Below, piece after piece: positions 50,573 to 60,878 of a stretch of DNA of 64,000 nucleotides. The translations under genes were made by a program, and so were the position numbers. The DNA comes from Planctomycetota bacterium (GTDB lineage: Bacteria; Planctomycetota; UBA1135; UBA2386). Position 1 is the first letter of the stretch. Each line of letters begins with the position of its first letter. The notes below the pieces were generated by a model, which was not told where the DNA came from, ran no database searches, and was given only the letters and a program-made list of their open reading frames with translations. Where the stretch lies: positions 384,001 through 448,000 of the forward strand of contig OZ245838.1 of the NCBI GenBank assembly GCA_965228735.1. Reading direction: 5' to 3'.

Positions 50573-51550
50573 TCAGTAGCTGCCGATCGTCGCCGCCACC
50601 CCGTTGCTGAACGCGACCCCCAGCGGGTTGGCCGCGGGATCGACGCCGAGCCCTTGCGCGTAGTAGACGACGCCGAGCACGGCCGGATCGCTCGGCATCG
50701 CGAGTGCCATCTGCAGTTGTCCGGCCGGCGACGCGAAGCCGGCCAGCGTGATGCTGCCGGATGTGCGCTGCCGGCAGCCCGGCGCGCCCAAGCCGGTCAT
50801 CGAGGCGTCAGGGTCCACGAACCCGATCGCGTGGAACGCGAGGCTTCCGGGCTGCAGGTTGCCGAGCGTCATCGCGGACGCGCCACCGAGCACGGGCGGG
50901 GAGCACGTCAGGCTGGGTGCCCCGTTGCTGCCGCAGCCCCCGCTCGTGCTGCTGACCCCGGCCTGCAGGTGCGGCCGGTACTCGAGCTGGTAGTGGTAGC
51001 CGTTCGGCAGGCTCTGGTTCCAGACGCCGTTCTGGAAGTACCAGCTGCGCACGTCGGTGGCACCGTGCGTCAGCGTCGAGCTGATCCAGTCGCCGCCGAT
51101 CGTGAGCGGCGGCACCCAGTAATTGGCCACGAGGAACACGCGCTGGCCCGGCGGCAGCGTGAGCGGAATGGCGAACGAGCTGCGGCAGACCGTCGTCTGG
51201 TTGTAGGAGATCGTGACTGCCGGTGTGACCGAGCCGAGCGGCAGGCCGGGGATGAACGTGTTGCCGAGCGGCACCGCCTGCACCCACGAGAAGAACACGT
51301 TGGGGTCGCCGAGCAGCGGCAGCAGTCCGAGATTGTGACTCAAGCGCTGTGCGGCCTGGCAGATCTGGATCGGGTAGGGGTGCGGGTTCTGCACGAGGTA
51401 GCAGCGCTTCCAGACGTCCCGGAAGTCCCAGTAGTTGTTGAGCAGCGGGCTGCCGTAGTTGGCCTGCAGCTGTGAGCTGCAGGGGGCCTGGGTGGGCATG
51501 GCGGTCGCGAGGGCGATGGCGGCGATCAGCGTGGCGAGCAACGGCTTCAT
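50573..51550 (-). CDS. Secreted hypothetical protein with shared C-terminal domain
   Basis: Signal peptide; GGC...PPVLG...GAPGC...YYAQ...ANPLGVAFSNG. Confidence 0.75.
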   Translation of the reverse strand: MKPLLATLIAAIALATAMPTQAPCSSQLQANYGSPLLNNYWDFRDVWKRCYLVQNPHPYPIQICQAAQRLSHNLGLLPLLGDPNVFFSWVQAVPLGNTFIPGLPLGSVTPAVTISYNQTTVCRSSFAIPLTLPPGQRVFLVANYWVPPLTIGGDWISSTLTHGATDVRSWYFQNGVWNQSLPNGYHYQLEYRPHLQAGVSSTSGGCGSNGAPSLTCSPPVLGGASAMTLGNLQPGSLAFHAIGFVDPDASMTGLGAPGCRQRTSGSITLAGFASPAGQLQMALAMPSDPAVLGVVYYAQGLGVDPAANPLGVAFSNGVAATIGSY

Positions 51551-51678
51551 GTCCGCTACTCGCGGGCGGAACGTCGGCGGGGCAGTGGATCTCGGAAAAA
51601 CGGGGTTTCGCGGTTTCGTCGCCGCAGCTCGCGGGGCCGCGACCAGCGGTTGTCGGGCGGTCGGCCTATGCTCTCGGC

Positions 51679-53748
51679 GTGAGCGAACGCAGAGTGTCGG
51701 CCGAACCCACGACCGCCGATGGGCCGGGCCTCGGGGCGGTCGGCCTGGCAGCCGCGGGGGTGTGCCTCACGCTCGCGCTCTGGCAACAGGCGCGACTCTG
51801 GCCGCTGTTCGCCGAGGATGCGTTCATCGTGCTGCGCTACGCCGAGAACCTGGTCGCGGGTCACGGTCTGGTGTGGAACGTGGGCGAGCCGGTCGAGGGC
51901 TACTCGAACCTGCTCTGGATCCTCGGCTGCGCCGGGTTCTTGTGGGTGGGCGTCGAGGCCGATGTCGCGGCTCGACTGTTCGGCGGGCTCTGCATGTCGG
52001 GTGCAGTGTTGGTGCTGTTGCGGATGCGCCGCCCCCGACGATGGTCGGACTTGGCAGTCGTCGCGCTCGGCCCCGCCGTGCTGGCGACGCACGTGACGAC
52101 CGTCACGTGGACGTTGGGCGGCCTCGAGGGACCGATGGTCGTGCTGCTGATCGTCTGGAGCACGGCCGCGATGCTGCGTCTCGTGGAGCGCGGTGGCGCC
52201 GTGTCGACGGCGAGCGCCTTCGTGACCGGCATACCGTTCGCGCTGATGTGCCTCGCGCGTTCGGAAGGACCGCTGTGGCTCGTCGCACCGACGCTCGCGC
52301 TGTGGCTGCGCGGTCGCCGCCACGGCGTTTCCTGGTTTCTCACCGTCGTTGCTCTGATCACGCCCGCGGTGATCGCGGTTCTGGGTCAGCTGGTGTTTCG
52401 GCTCTCGTACTACGGCGAGTGGGTTCCGAACACCGCGCACCTCAAGGTCGACCTCGGCAGTGCGACGTTGACCGAGGGCCTGGCCTATCTCGATCGCGCT
52501 TGGCAGGCATCCAGGGGGCTGCTGCCACTGGCGCTGATCGGCGCGGTCATCGGACTCGTGCGCCGTGACACGCGACTGCGGGCGCTGCTGTTCACCCTGC
52601 CGATCGCGCTCTGGTGCGGTTATCTCGCGGCAGTCGGCGGCGACTACTTCCCGTCGCACCGCATGTTCATCGCGGTCGTGCCGTTGCTCGCGTTCCTCGC
52701 CGTCGAGGCCGTGGCCTGGATCGCGACCCTCAGCTTCGGAGCCGTGCCGGCGCTCGTGCTCGCTGGCGCTACGGTCGGCGTTCTCACCTGGGACACGCAT
52801 CACGACCATGAGTCGGCGGCGTTGCGCGACACCGGCCTCGAATGGAAGAACGTCGCGTTCGGCGAGATGATGCATCGCGCGTTCGCGTCGCAGCGACCTC
52901 TCGTCGCGGTCGACGCGGCCGGTGGCATCCCGTTCGGCAGCAAGCTGCCGCACGTCGACATGCTCGGCTTCAACGACCCCGTCGTTGCGCGCACGCCGGT
53001 GCGAGACTTCGCGTATCGCGCGGTCTCCGAGATTCTCGGGCGGGCCTACATGCCGGGGCACATGAAGGGCAACGGGCGCTACGTGCTCGATCGGCGACCC
53101 GATGTCGTGCTCTTCAACAGCGCGCCGTGTGCCGTCGTCCCGACGTTCGTCAGTGGCTACGAGATGCAGAGCGACCCGCGGTGGCTGCGCGACTATCGCT
53201 GCGTGCAGCTGCGTTGCCCGCCGGCGCGGCTGCCGAACGGCCTCGACGTTCGGATGCAGGTGTCGATGTGGGTGCGACTCGAGGGCCGGGTCGGCGTGCG
53301 ACGCGACGGCAACGTCGTCGAGGTGCCCGGGCTGCTGCTCGGCAGCTTCGACCAGACCGTGCCGTTCCGGCTGCTGCACGTCCCACCGCCGGGCACGCCC
53401 GAGCGGGTGGCGCTCGATGTCGGGATGCGCAACCAACTCAACTGGTCCCTCAGCACCCCGGTGCTGGCGGTGATCGCGGACGATCGGATCGATTGCGAGC
53501 TGCGAGCGCCCGGTGCCGGCACGTGCACGGCACTGCAGCTCGATGCCGGTCGCTGGCGCATCGAACCGCAGCCGGCCCACGACGGCGTCGTGGTGCAGCT
53601 GCTCGACGACGCGGGGCAGGTCGTCGGGGTGGCGGGCGCGCCGTTCGACCTCGTCGCGGGCGGCCGCTTCGACCTGCAGACGATCGCCCGGGACGACGCC
53701 GCGCTGCCGCTGCGGATCCGCAGCGTGCGGCTCGTCCGCGATCCGTGA
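51679..53748 (+). CDS. GT-C-like polytopic membrane glycosyltransferase
   Basis: EDAFIVLRYAENLVAGHGLVWNVGEPVEGYSNLLW, GLE, RSEG, YYGEWVPNT, GGDY, DMLG. Start approximate. Confidence 0.75.
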   Translation: MSERRVSAEPTTADGPGLGAVGLAAAGVCLTLALWQQARLWPLFAEDAFIVLRYAENLVAGHGLVWNVGEPVEGYSNLLWILGCAGFLWVGVEADVAARLFGGLCMSGAVLVLLRMRRPRRWSDLAVVALGPAVLATHVTTVTWTLGGLEGPMVVLLIVWSTAAMLRLVERGGAVSTASAFVTGIPFALMCLARSEGPLWLVAPTLALWLRGRRHGVSWFLTVVALITPAVIAVLGQLVFRLSYYGEWVPNTAHLKVDLGSATLTEGLAYLDRAWQASRGLLPLALIGAVIGLVRRDTRLRALLFTLPIALWCGYLAAVGGDYFPSHRMFIAVVPLLAFLAVEAVAWIATLSFGAVPALVLAGATVGVLTWDTHHDHESAALRDTGLEWKNVAFGEMMHRAFASQRPLVAVDAAGGIPFGSKLPHVDMLGFNDPVVARTPVRDFAYRAVSEILGRAYMPGHMKGNGRYVLDRRPDVVLFNSAPCAVVPTFVSGYEMQSDPRWLRDYRCVQLRCPPARLPNGLDVRMQVSMWVRLEGRVGVRRDGNVVEVPGLLLGSFDQTVPFRLLHVPPPGTPERVALDVGMRNQLNWSLSTPVLAVIADDRIDCELRAPGAGTCTALQLDAGRWRIEPQPAHDGVVVQLLDDAGQVVGVAGAPFDLVAGGRFDLQTIARDDAALPLRIRSVRLVRDP

Positions 53749-53841
53749 TCGACCGGGCGGGTCGACGACACGTGTATCGCTGGCGGAGCCGGTTCGGGGT
53801 CACGACTGTGGTCGTGGATTCCGTGCGCTAGGCTCTCCGGC

Positions 53842-55437
53842 GTGACCCGACACCTCCCCGTGACCTTGGCCGTGCTTGCCGTGGGTCTGCTCTCCGCCTC
53901 GAGTCCACGGGCCCAGGAGCTCACGCCCGGACGCCAGGTCGAGCGGGCGCTCAGCACGTCGGACGGCGGCACGATGCCGTATCTGTTCTACCTGCCCGAG
54001 GGCTACGACCCCGACGGTCCCGCGGTGCCGCTCTTGCTGTTCCTGCACGGGCGCGGCGAGAGCAACGGGCCGCTGTCGCTCGTCGCGAAGTGGGGCCCGC
54101 CGCGACGGCTCGCTGCGGGCGAACCCATGAACTACGTCGTGGTCTCGCCGCAATGCCCGCGCGAGTCGTTCTGGTCCAAGAGCGATCAGCAACAGCGCCT
54201 GCTCGAACTGCTGGACCACGTCGAACGAACGCACAACGTCGACACCGACCGGATCTACCTCACGGGCCTGAGCATGGGCGGCTACGGCAGCTGGCGGCTC
54301 GCGGCGGACCATCCGAACCGGTTCGCCGCCGTGGCGCCCGTCTGCGGCAAGGGCGACCCGCAGGACGCGAGCAAGCTCGTCGATCTGCCGATCTGGGCGT
54401 GGCACGGGACCGAGGATCGGGCGGTGCCGTTCGACGGTTCGGCCAAGATGGTCGAAGCGATCCGAGCGGTCGGCGGCACGAAGGTGCGCTTCACGAGCCT
54501 CGAGCACGTCGGCCACGCGTCATGGCAGGCGGCGTATCAGTCGACCGAGCTCTATCGCTGGTTCGACAGGCAACGCGCGTCGCAGAACCGGCCGGCACGA
54601 TTGCGGGCGCTGATCATCGACGGTCAGAACAACCATCGCTGGCAGGAGACGACGCCGCTGCTGCGCGCGACGCTGGAGAACAGCGGCCGGTTCGCCGTCG
54701 ACGTCGCGACGTCGCCGGGCAGGAAGGAGGAGATCGGCGCGTTCGCGCCGGCGTTCGGCGACTACGACGTCGTGGTCTCCAACTACAACGGCCAGCTGTG
54801 GCCGCCGGCGACGCGCGCCGCGTTCGCGGACTACGTGCGCGGCGGCGGCGGCTTCGTCTCCGTGCATGCGGCCGACAACGCGTTCCCGAACTGGCGCGAC
54901 TAAAACCTGATGATCGGCGTCGGCGGGTGGGGCCGGCGCAACGAACACTCCGGGCCGTACGTGCGTTGGCGCGATGGCAAGATCGTGCGCGACACGGGCC
55001 CGGGCCGAGGCGGTTCGCACGGTCGCCGGCACGAGTTCGCACTCGACGTGCGCGATCCCGGGCATCCGATCATGCAGGGACTGCCCGCGCGCTTCCTGCA
55101 CTGCCAGGACGAGCTCTACGACCGGCTGCGCGGCCCGGCGGAGAACCTGACCGTGCTCGCGACGGCGTTCTCGGACGAGGCGACGGGCGGCAGCGGCGAA
55201 CACGAACCGCTGCTCATGGCGATCGACTTCGGCAAGGGTCGGTGCTTCCACACCGCGCTCGGGCACGACGGCACGGCGATGAAGTGCGTGGCGTTCCAGG
55301 TGACGCTCGTGCGCGGCGCGGAGTGGGCCGCGACCGGCAAGGTGACGACGCCGGTGCCGGCGACGTTCCCGGGCGCCGACGCGGTCGTCGTGCGCGATCC
55401 GCTGGCGCCGGCGGGCCGCGCCACCACCGGCCGGTAG
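53842..55437 (+). pseudogene. Alpha/beta-hydrolase-ThuA-like fusion interrupted by an in-frame TAA at 54901-54903
   Basis: LFLHG, GLSMGG; then [34 protein letters not shown] continuing in frame to DELY and FHTALGH. Confidence 0.75.
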
Positions 55438-55556
55438 CCCGTCATGGCATCCGATCGCGATCGGATCCGGCCGCCCGCGAACCGAATCCGTTGAATACCC
55501 TGGGCGGTCTCACGGGATCCGTGCGCGTGAGCCCGATCTCCGTTCCGCTGCCGCTC

Positions 55557-56060
55557 ATGTCCGCCGCCCTCGACCTCGAGACGCTGGTTTCACGCCATCA
55601 GGTCGGGGTATGGCGCTACCTGCGTGCCCTCGGCGCGCCGGCCGACCTGGCCGAGGACCTGCTGCAGGACGTTTTCCTCGTTGCGTTCCGGCGGCTGACC
55701 GACGACCGCGATGCGGTGGCCGTCGCCGCGTTCTTGCGGCGCACGGCGCGGCACCTTTATCTCCGACGTCGGCGTGATCAAGGCCGCCGCGAGGAGCTGC
55801 TCGTCGAGTTGGCCGATCGCCTCTGGGAGCGCGACTGCGGCGACGACGGCGAGGCTTGGATCCAGGCAGCGCGCGCGTGCGTCGAGCAGCTCGACGGCCG
55901 GCCGCGGCGCGTGGTGGAGCTGTTCTACGGTGAGGGACTCGGTCGTGACGCGATCGCGGCGGCGACGGGCATGCGAAAGAACGGGGTGAAGACACTGCTG
56001 CAGCGGGTGCGAGCCAGGCTGCGCGAGTGCATCGAACGGCGAACCGGAGCGACGCGATGA
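55557..56060 (+). CDS. ECF RNA polymerase sigma factor
   Basis: VWRYLR, AEDLLQDVF, VELFY, VKTLLQRVR. Confidence 0.88.
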   Translation: MSAALDLETLVSRHQVGVWRYLRALGAPADLAEDLLQDVFLVAFRRLTDDRDAVAVAAFLRRTARHLYLRRRRDQGRREELLVELADRLWERDCGDDGEAWIQAARACVEQLDGRPRRVVELFYGEGLGRDAIAAATGMRKNGVKTLLQRVRARLRECIERRTGATR

Positions 56061-58432
56061 ACGAAGATCGGCAGCACGACGAGGTCATGGACCGACGACT
56101 CGACTGGGCGCTCGGCGAAGTGGTGGGGGACGAACGCGCGCCCGACGTGACGGCCGCGGTGCTGCGCCGCGCCGCGCGTGACGAGGTCGTCGAGTTCGAA
56201 ATCGTGCGGTCGCCGCGGTCCCGCCGCCTGCTGACGGCAGCGGTCGCGCTGATCGGGCTCGGCGCGGTGGTCGGAGCGTTCCTGTTCGAACGAGAACCAT
56301 CGGGCGGAGCGGCGCAGGTCGTCGCACCGGCGCAGGGCCCCGACGAGCCCGAGTGGACCAAGGTCACCGATCCCGCCGCCATCGAGGGTCTGGCACCCGA
56401 TGTCGCCGCGGTCGAGGTACGCAACTTCGACGATGCGGCGCTCGCGGCCTTGGTCGCGCGTTGCCCGCGCCTGCAGGCGCTGCGGGTGTCGACGAGCGCG
56501 GCGTTCAGGGTGGCGGACGACGCGGCCTCGCCGACCTCGATCACGGACGCCGCACTCGCGGATATCGCGCGATTGACCGAGCTGCGGAGACTCGAGCTCG
56601 TCGGCACGACCGAAGTCGAAGGGGCTGAACTGCAGCGGCTCGATGCGCTGCCGTTGCTCGAAACGCTCGTGCTGTCGTGGTTCGACCTGCCCGGCGAAGC
56701 GTTGCAAGCGCTGGCGCGCTTCCCGTCCCTGCGGGTGCTCGACGTCAGGTTCAACCACACCGTCGGCAAGGCCGGCTGTGAGGCGATCGCACGATGCGCC
56801 GCATTGCGGGAGCTGCACGTCACGACGACGTTCCTCACGCCGGCGGAGATCGCCGTCCTCGGGCGACTGACCGGCCTCGTCGAACTGAGTCTCCAGGGCG
56901 GCTTTCGCGATATCCGTCGCCCTGGGATCGGGCCCCGGGCCCGGCTCGAGTCGCAACTGGGCGCCGCGAAGAACGCCGGCGCGGGCCTGCGGATCGCCGG
57001 CCTGCCGGGCTGGCCGAGGCTGCGCGTTCTGGATCTCCGTCGCAACCGCGACCTCGAACCCGAGGTCGGTGAGGTGCTGCGCACGAAGTGCCCGGAGTTG
57101 CGCGAGGCGCGCCTCGGCAACTGTAGGAAGATCAACGATGTCACGGTCGCCGAACTGGTTGGACTGCGGTGGCTCCACACGCTCGATCTCTCCGAGTGTC
57201 CGAACGTGTCCGAGCACTGCGTGCCGCTGCTGCGCGCGGCCCGGCAGGTTCGCGATCTCCGAGTCGACGGGCAGCGGTGGATGACGCTCGCCATCGCCGA
57301 GCAGCTGATCCTGAGCGGCAAGCGCCCGATCTGTCGGCTCACGCCCGGGACCGAGGCCGGCGACGGAATGTCGGCCGAGGACTTCAACGCGGGCATGAAG
57401 CAGCTGGCGCAGCGGTACGAGCACTTGCTCTCGCAACCAATGGCTCACCTCGTGCAGCGCGTCGAGGATCTCGAGGATCTGCCGGACGACGCACGGTCCG
57501 TCCGAGTCGAGAGGGGCGTCTCGATGGACGAGAGCGCGTTCGCCCGGCTGGCGGAACTGTCGGGCCTCGAACGGCTGTCGCTCAGCCAGGTCGACGACGT
57601 GAGTCGCGATGGCCTCGAGCACCTGACGCGGCTGCCGAAGCTTCAGGCCTTGGAGTTCACACGCATCAACAAAGGGCAGCGAGACCCGGCCGTGATCCGG
57701 TCGCTGCTCGCGCCGCTGCCGCGCATTCCTGCGTTGCAGGAGCTGACGGTGGTCGGAGCGGCCGATCTCGGGGCCGCCAACCGGGCCGCGATCCTGGCGT
57801 GCAAGGGCCTGCGCCACCTCGTCCTCGACAGCTGCCGTGCCATGCCGTCGGCCTGGCTCGCCAGCCTCGGCCAGTTGCGCGACCTCGAGGTCCTTCGCCT
57901 GGTCAACGTGCAGAACGTGAACGACGAGGTCGTGCGGGGCCTGCAGCCGCTGACAGAGCTCCGCGAACTGGTGCTGTGGCGGGCCGATGTCGGGGCCGCC
58001 GCGTTGCAGTCGCTGGCGGGCATGCAGCAGCTGCGCTCCCTGACGCTGTGCGAGAACACCCGACTCGACGAAGCGGCTCTGCAGCAGATCCCGGTGACGA
58101 TCACGGAGCTCGGCCTCATCGGCTGCCCGAAGCTCGACGTCGGCGCCGCGCGATTGCTGCGCGACCGCTTCCCGACCCTCGAGTCGATCTACCTGTCCGA
58201 GAACGCCTGGCTCACCGACGACGCGCTCGCGCTCGTGCTGCAGCTGCCGCGGCTGCGCGCCTTGGACGTGCGCGGCTGCAACGCCCTGACGGCGGACTCG
58301 GCCGCCGCGATCGGCGACGTGGCGACGCTGCGCTCACTCAACGTGTGGGATTGCGACTGGCTGACGCTCGACCTCGTCGAGGCCCTGCGCGCCCGGCGGC
58401 CGGAGTTGGACATCGCGCACGACACGCGATAG
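56057..58432 (+). CDS. Putative anti-sigma membrane protein with long leucine-rich-repeat region
   Basis: ATGA overlap with the sigma gene; short N-terminus, one TM, many LxxLxL repeats. Confidence 0.75.
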   Translation: MNEDRQHDEVMDRRLDWALGEVVGDERAPDVTAAVLRRAARDEVVEFEIVRSPRSRRLLTAAVALIGLGAVVGAFLFEREPSGGAAQVVAPAQGPDEPEWTKVTDPAAIEGLAPDVAAVEVRNFDDAALAALVARCPRLQALRVSTSAAFRVADDAASPTSITDAALADIARLTELRRLELVGTTEVEGAELQRLDALPLLETLVLSWFDLPGEALQALARFPSLRVLDVRFNHTVGKAGCEAIARCAALRELHVTTTFLTPAEIAVLGRLTGLVELSLQGGFRDIRRPGIGPRARLESQLGAAKNAGAGLRIAGLPGWPRLRVLDLRRNRDLEPEVGEVLRTKCPELREARLGNCRKINDVTVAELVGLRWLHTLDLSECPNVSEHCVPLLRAARQVRDLRVDGQRWMTLAIAEQLILSGKRPICRLTPGTEAGDGMSAEDFNAGMKQLAQRYEHLLSQPMAHLVQRVEDLEDLPDDARSVRVERGVSMDESAFARLAELSGLERLSLSQVDDVSRDGLEHLTRLPKLQALEFTRINKGQRDPAVIRSLLAPLPRIPALQELTVVGAADLGAANRAAILACKGLRHLVLDSCRAMPSAWLASLGQLRDLEVLRLVNVQNVNDEVVRGLQPLTELRELVLWRADVGAAALQSLAGMQQLRSLTLCENTRLDEAALQQIPVTITELGLIGCPKLDVGAARLLRDRFPTLESIYLSENAWLTDDALALVLQLPRLRALDVRGCNALTADSAAAIGDVATLRSLNVWDCDWLTLDLVEALRARRPELDIAHDTR

Positions 58433-58558
58433 TTCGAGGTCGTTCCGTCGACTACGACTCGCTCACGACGAGTTCGCGAGCTGACCAAGCGTGCCCCCCG
58501 TGGTTCGGGCGAGACCAGGGTGATGTCGTCGTGCGAACTGTGCGGTCGGAGAGGCGCT

Positions 58559-59137
58559 CTAGCCGAAGCCCGCTTCGGAAAGCGCGCGACGAAGGAGGTC
58601 GGAGACCCTCAGATCATTCGCCCATTGCTCGAGGTAGGCGTGGTCGATCTCGGGGTTCGACTTGAGTACGCCGAGCACATCGCGCCACTGGGTATCTGAG
58701 ACTTCGCCACCTTTACGGAACCACGTGAGCTTCTGAAGGACGATGTCCTCCGCAGTAGTGACCCACAGTCCGAGGCCGGTCTCCGGATCGATGGTCTGTC
58801 GTTGGCGTCTGCGTTGCTGCTCGCGTGCGAACGGTTCATCTCGCATCACGAACACATCGATGCGGTGGTAGCCCTCTTTTCGAACGAGCTGGAAGGCCTC
58901 CCGCCGCATCACCGCTGCCGTGATGAACTGCACGTCGACGAAGAAGTCGCCTTCGAACGCACTCACGAGTCCCTTGACGTCTTCGAGGTTGATCGCTGCG
59001 ACGAAGTCGACGTCGTGCGTCGATCGTGGTTCGCCGTGGATCGAACTCGCCAGTGAGCCGCCGAGCCAGTAGTCGATTCCGAGGCGTTCCAGGCGAGCCG
59101 CGACGTCGAGTGCAGTTGGGACAGGGTCGTCGATCAT
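58559..59137 (-). CDS. Nucleotidyltransferase-fold protein (toxin-like)
   Basis: LGGSLAS..GEPRSTHDVD, EDIVLQKL. Confidence 0.7.
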   Translation of the reverse strand: MIDDPVPTALDVAARLERLGIDYWLGGSLASSIHGEPRSTHDVDFVAAINLEDVKGLVSAFEGDFFVDVQFITAAVMRREAFQLVRKEGYHRIDVFVMRDEPFAREQQRRRQRQTIDPETGLGLWVTTAEDIVLQKLTWFRKGGEVSDTQWRDVLGVLKSNPEIDHAYLEQWANDLRVSDLLRRALSEAGFG

Positions 59138-59397
59138 TCGGCGGGATCACTCTCCGCACCGAACACCCGGACCTGCATGTCCGGATCCAACCAGAAGGCC
59201 GCGAGGCGACGATGAATCTCGCTATCGGGTGCGCCGGGGTGACGGTTGCGCAGGCCTGCCACCGCAAACCGTCGGGTCGTCCGGATCAACTCCCTGACTT
59301 GCCGGATCTTCTCCGCGGGAGACATGCGCCGCCATCCTTCCACCACGAGCGCCTCTATCTGTGGTGCGACGTCCGCGGATTGCGTGCGATAGGTCAT
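59134..59397 (-). CDS. Small helical protein, coupled partner of the nucleotidyltransferase
   Basis: WRRMSPAEKI...GLRNRHP; stop overlaps the next start. Confidence 0.65.
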   Translation of the reverse strand: MTYRTQSADVAPQIEALVVEGWRRMSPAEKIRQVRELIRTTRRFAVAGLRNRHPGAPDSEIHRRLAAFWLDPDMQVRVFGAESDPAE

Positions 59398-59482
59398 CGC
59401 TGTGCATGGTAGCACACGGACTCGGTTTGCATGCGCAAGTACGCGGTCGTGCCTGGTCGTCGCTCGCAGGACGGCCGGCCGA

Positions 59483-60499
59483 TCATGACGTCGGCCGGGT
59501 GCGCGTCGCACCACTGCGGGTGCCCGCCATGTCCTTCACCGAGAACGACAGCGTGTACAGCAGGTCGTTCGGCAACGGGACCGGCTGCACGAGCGTGAAG
59601 CCGAGCGCGTCGGCCTGCTGCACCTGCATCGAGCCGAGCAGCGCGCTGATCGGGATCGGCAGACCGACGATCGCGGCTCGCAACGTGCTCGCATCGATGT
59701 CCTGCCAGCCGTCGGGGTCCTCGAAGCGCAGCGTCGCGGTGCCGTCGGTCGCGATCGAGATCGTGACGCTCGGGCCGTTGGGAGCGACGTTCCCCAGTTG
59801 GTGGATCGCGGTGACCGCGTCGACGTCGGCGCTGCCCGAGCCCGGGTCGAAGATCGGTGACCCGTTGCTGTCCAACGATTGCCCGCTGACGACGTCGACG
59901 AGCCGGACCTGCACGATCGACTGCAGGTCGACGAGGCTCTGCACGACGAGTGGGTCACCGTTCAGGTCGGCGAGGTCGAACGCGTCACCACCCGCCTCGA
60001 CGACGTCGCGCGGATCGGCCCCCGCCGTCGTGGCGAGCACGGGCGACTGGCCCGCCAAACCGGAGTAGCTGCCGATCGGGACCGTGCCGAACGGTCCCGG
60101 CTGACTCGCCGGGCCGTAGTAACGCGACGGGAAGCGCGCGAAGTGCACGCCGTCGCTGCTGACCTCGACGAACATCACTTCGGCGAAGGTCTGCAGCGGG
60201 TTCGATGACAGCCGAAACGGGTTCTCGCTGACGATCAGGTCGGCACCGGGGCCATCGACGATCGCGGTCGAGAACCCGAGCGTGAGGTCGCCGGCGATGC
60301 CCAGCGAATGCACATCGGTGCTCCCGCCGGGCGCCCCGAGCGCGTTCGTCGGCGCGAAGATCCCGCCGCCGGCACCGCCGTTGGTATTGGACGCGATGAC
60401 CTGCGCGGCGAAGACGCCGACTTGAGCTGTGAGAGCGGCGGAGACGGTCAGCGCACCCGCGAGGGTACGGACCACGAGAGTCGAGCAGATGGGGTTCAC
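59483..60499 (-). CDS. Secreted/surface protein downstream of a cobalamin riboswitch (candidate B12-binding)
   Basis: Signal peptide; SLG..G.LTLGF...IVDGPGADLIVSENPF...EVSSDG...GGDAFDL. Confidence 0.7.
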   Translation of the reverse strand: MNPICSTLVVRTLAGALTVSAALTAQVGVFAAQVIASNTNGGAGGGIFAPTNALGAPGGSTDVHSLGIAGDLTLGFSTAIVDGPGADLIVSENPFRLSSNPLQTFAEVMFVEVSSDGVHFARFPSRYYGPASQPGPFGTVPIGSYSGLAGQSPVLATTAGADPRDVVEAGGDAFDLADLNGDPLVVQSLVDLQSIVQVRLVDVVSGQSLDSNGSPIFDPGSGSADVDAVTAIHQLGNVAPNGPSVTISIATDGTATLRFEDPDGWQDIDASTLRAAIVGLPIPISALLGSMQVQQADALGFTLVQPVPLPNDLLYTLSFSVKDMAGTRSGATRTRPTS

Positions 60500-60562
60500 G
60501 GCAGCAGGCGTCACTCGCGCCTCCGGTGAGGTTTGAAGAACGACGCCCTCTCGGCGCCGGCT

Positions 60563-60730
60563 CCAGCAGATCTTCTGACTTCCGAGTCGTCCTACCGGCG
60601 ACCCCTTCCCAGCGGCACTACGCGCGCCGCCAGTGGTCATGGTCGCTTTCGTCTTCGGTCACAGCTGCGGGACAGCGCCGGATTCACACCGGACTTCACC
60701 GCTTGGAGCGCGGACGGATGTAGCGGGTTC
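60563..60730 (-). ncRNA. Cobalamin riboswitch
   Basis: Minus strand GAAGTCCGGTGTGAATCCGGCGCTGTCCCGCAGCTGT...ACCACTG...GGGAAGG...AAGTCAGAAGATCTGC (B12 box). Ends approximate. Confidence 0.9.
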
Positions 60731-60878
60731 AGGTCCCTCGTGCAACTGCTGTTCGAAGCAGCTGACGTGAAGCGCCGTCGATGGGGATGCCGGTCCCGTG
60801 CCGGCGAACCGTTTGGGATCGGCCTCGCTCGACAAACCTCGGTGTAACCACGCGGCCCGCGCGAACCACGGACTGGTG

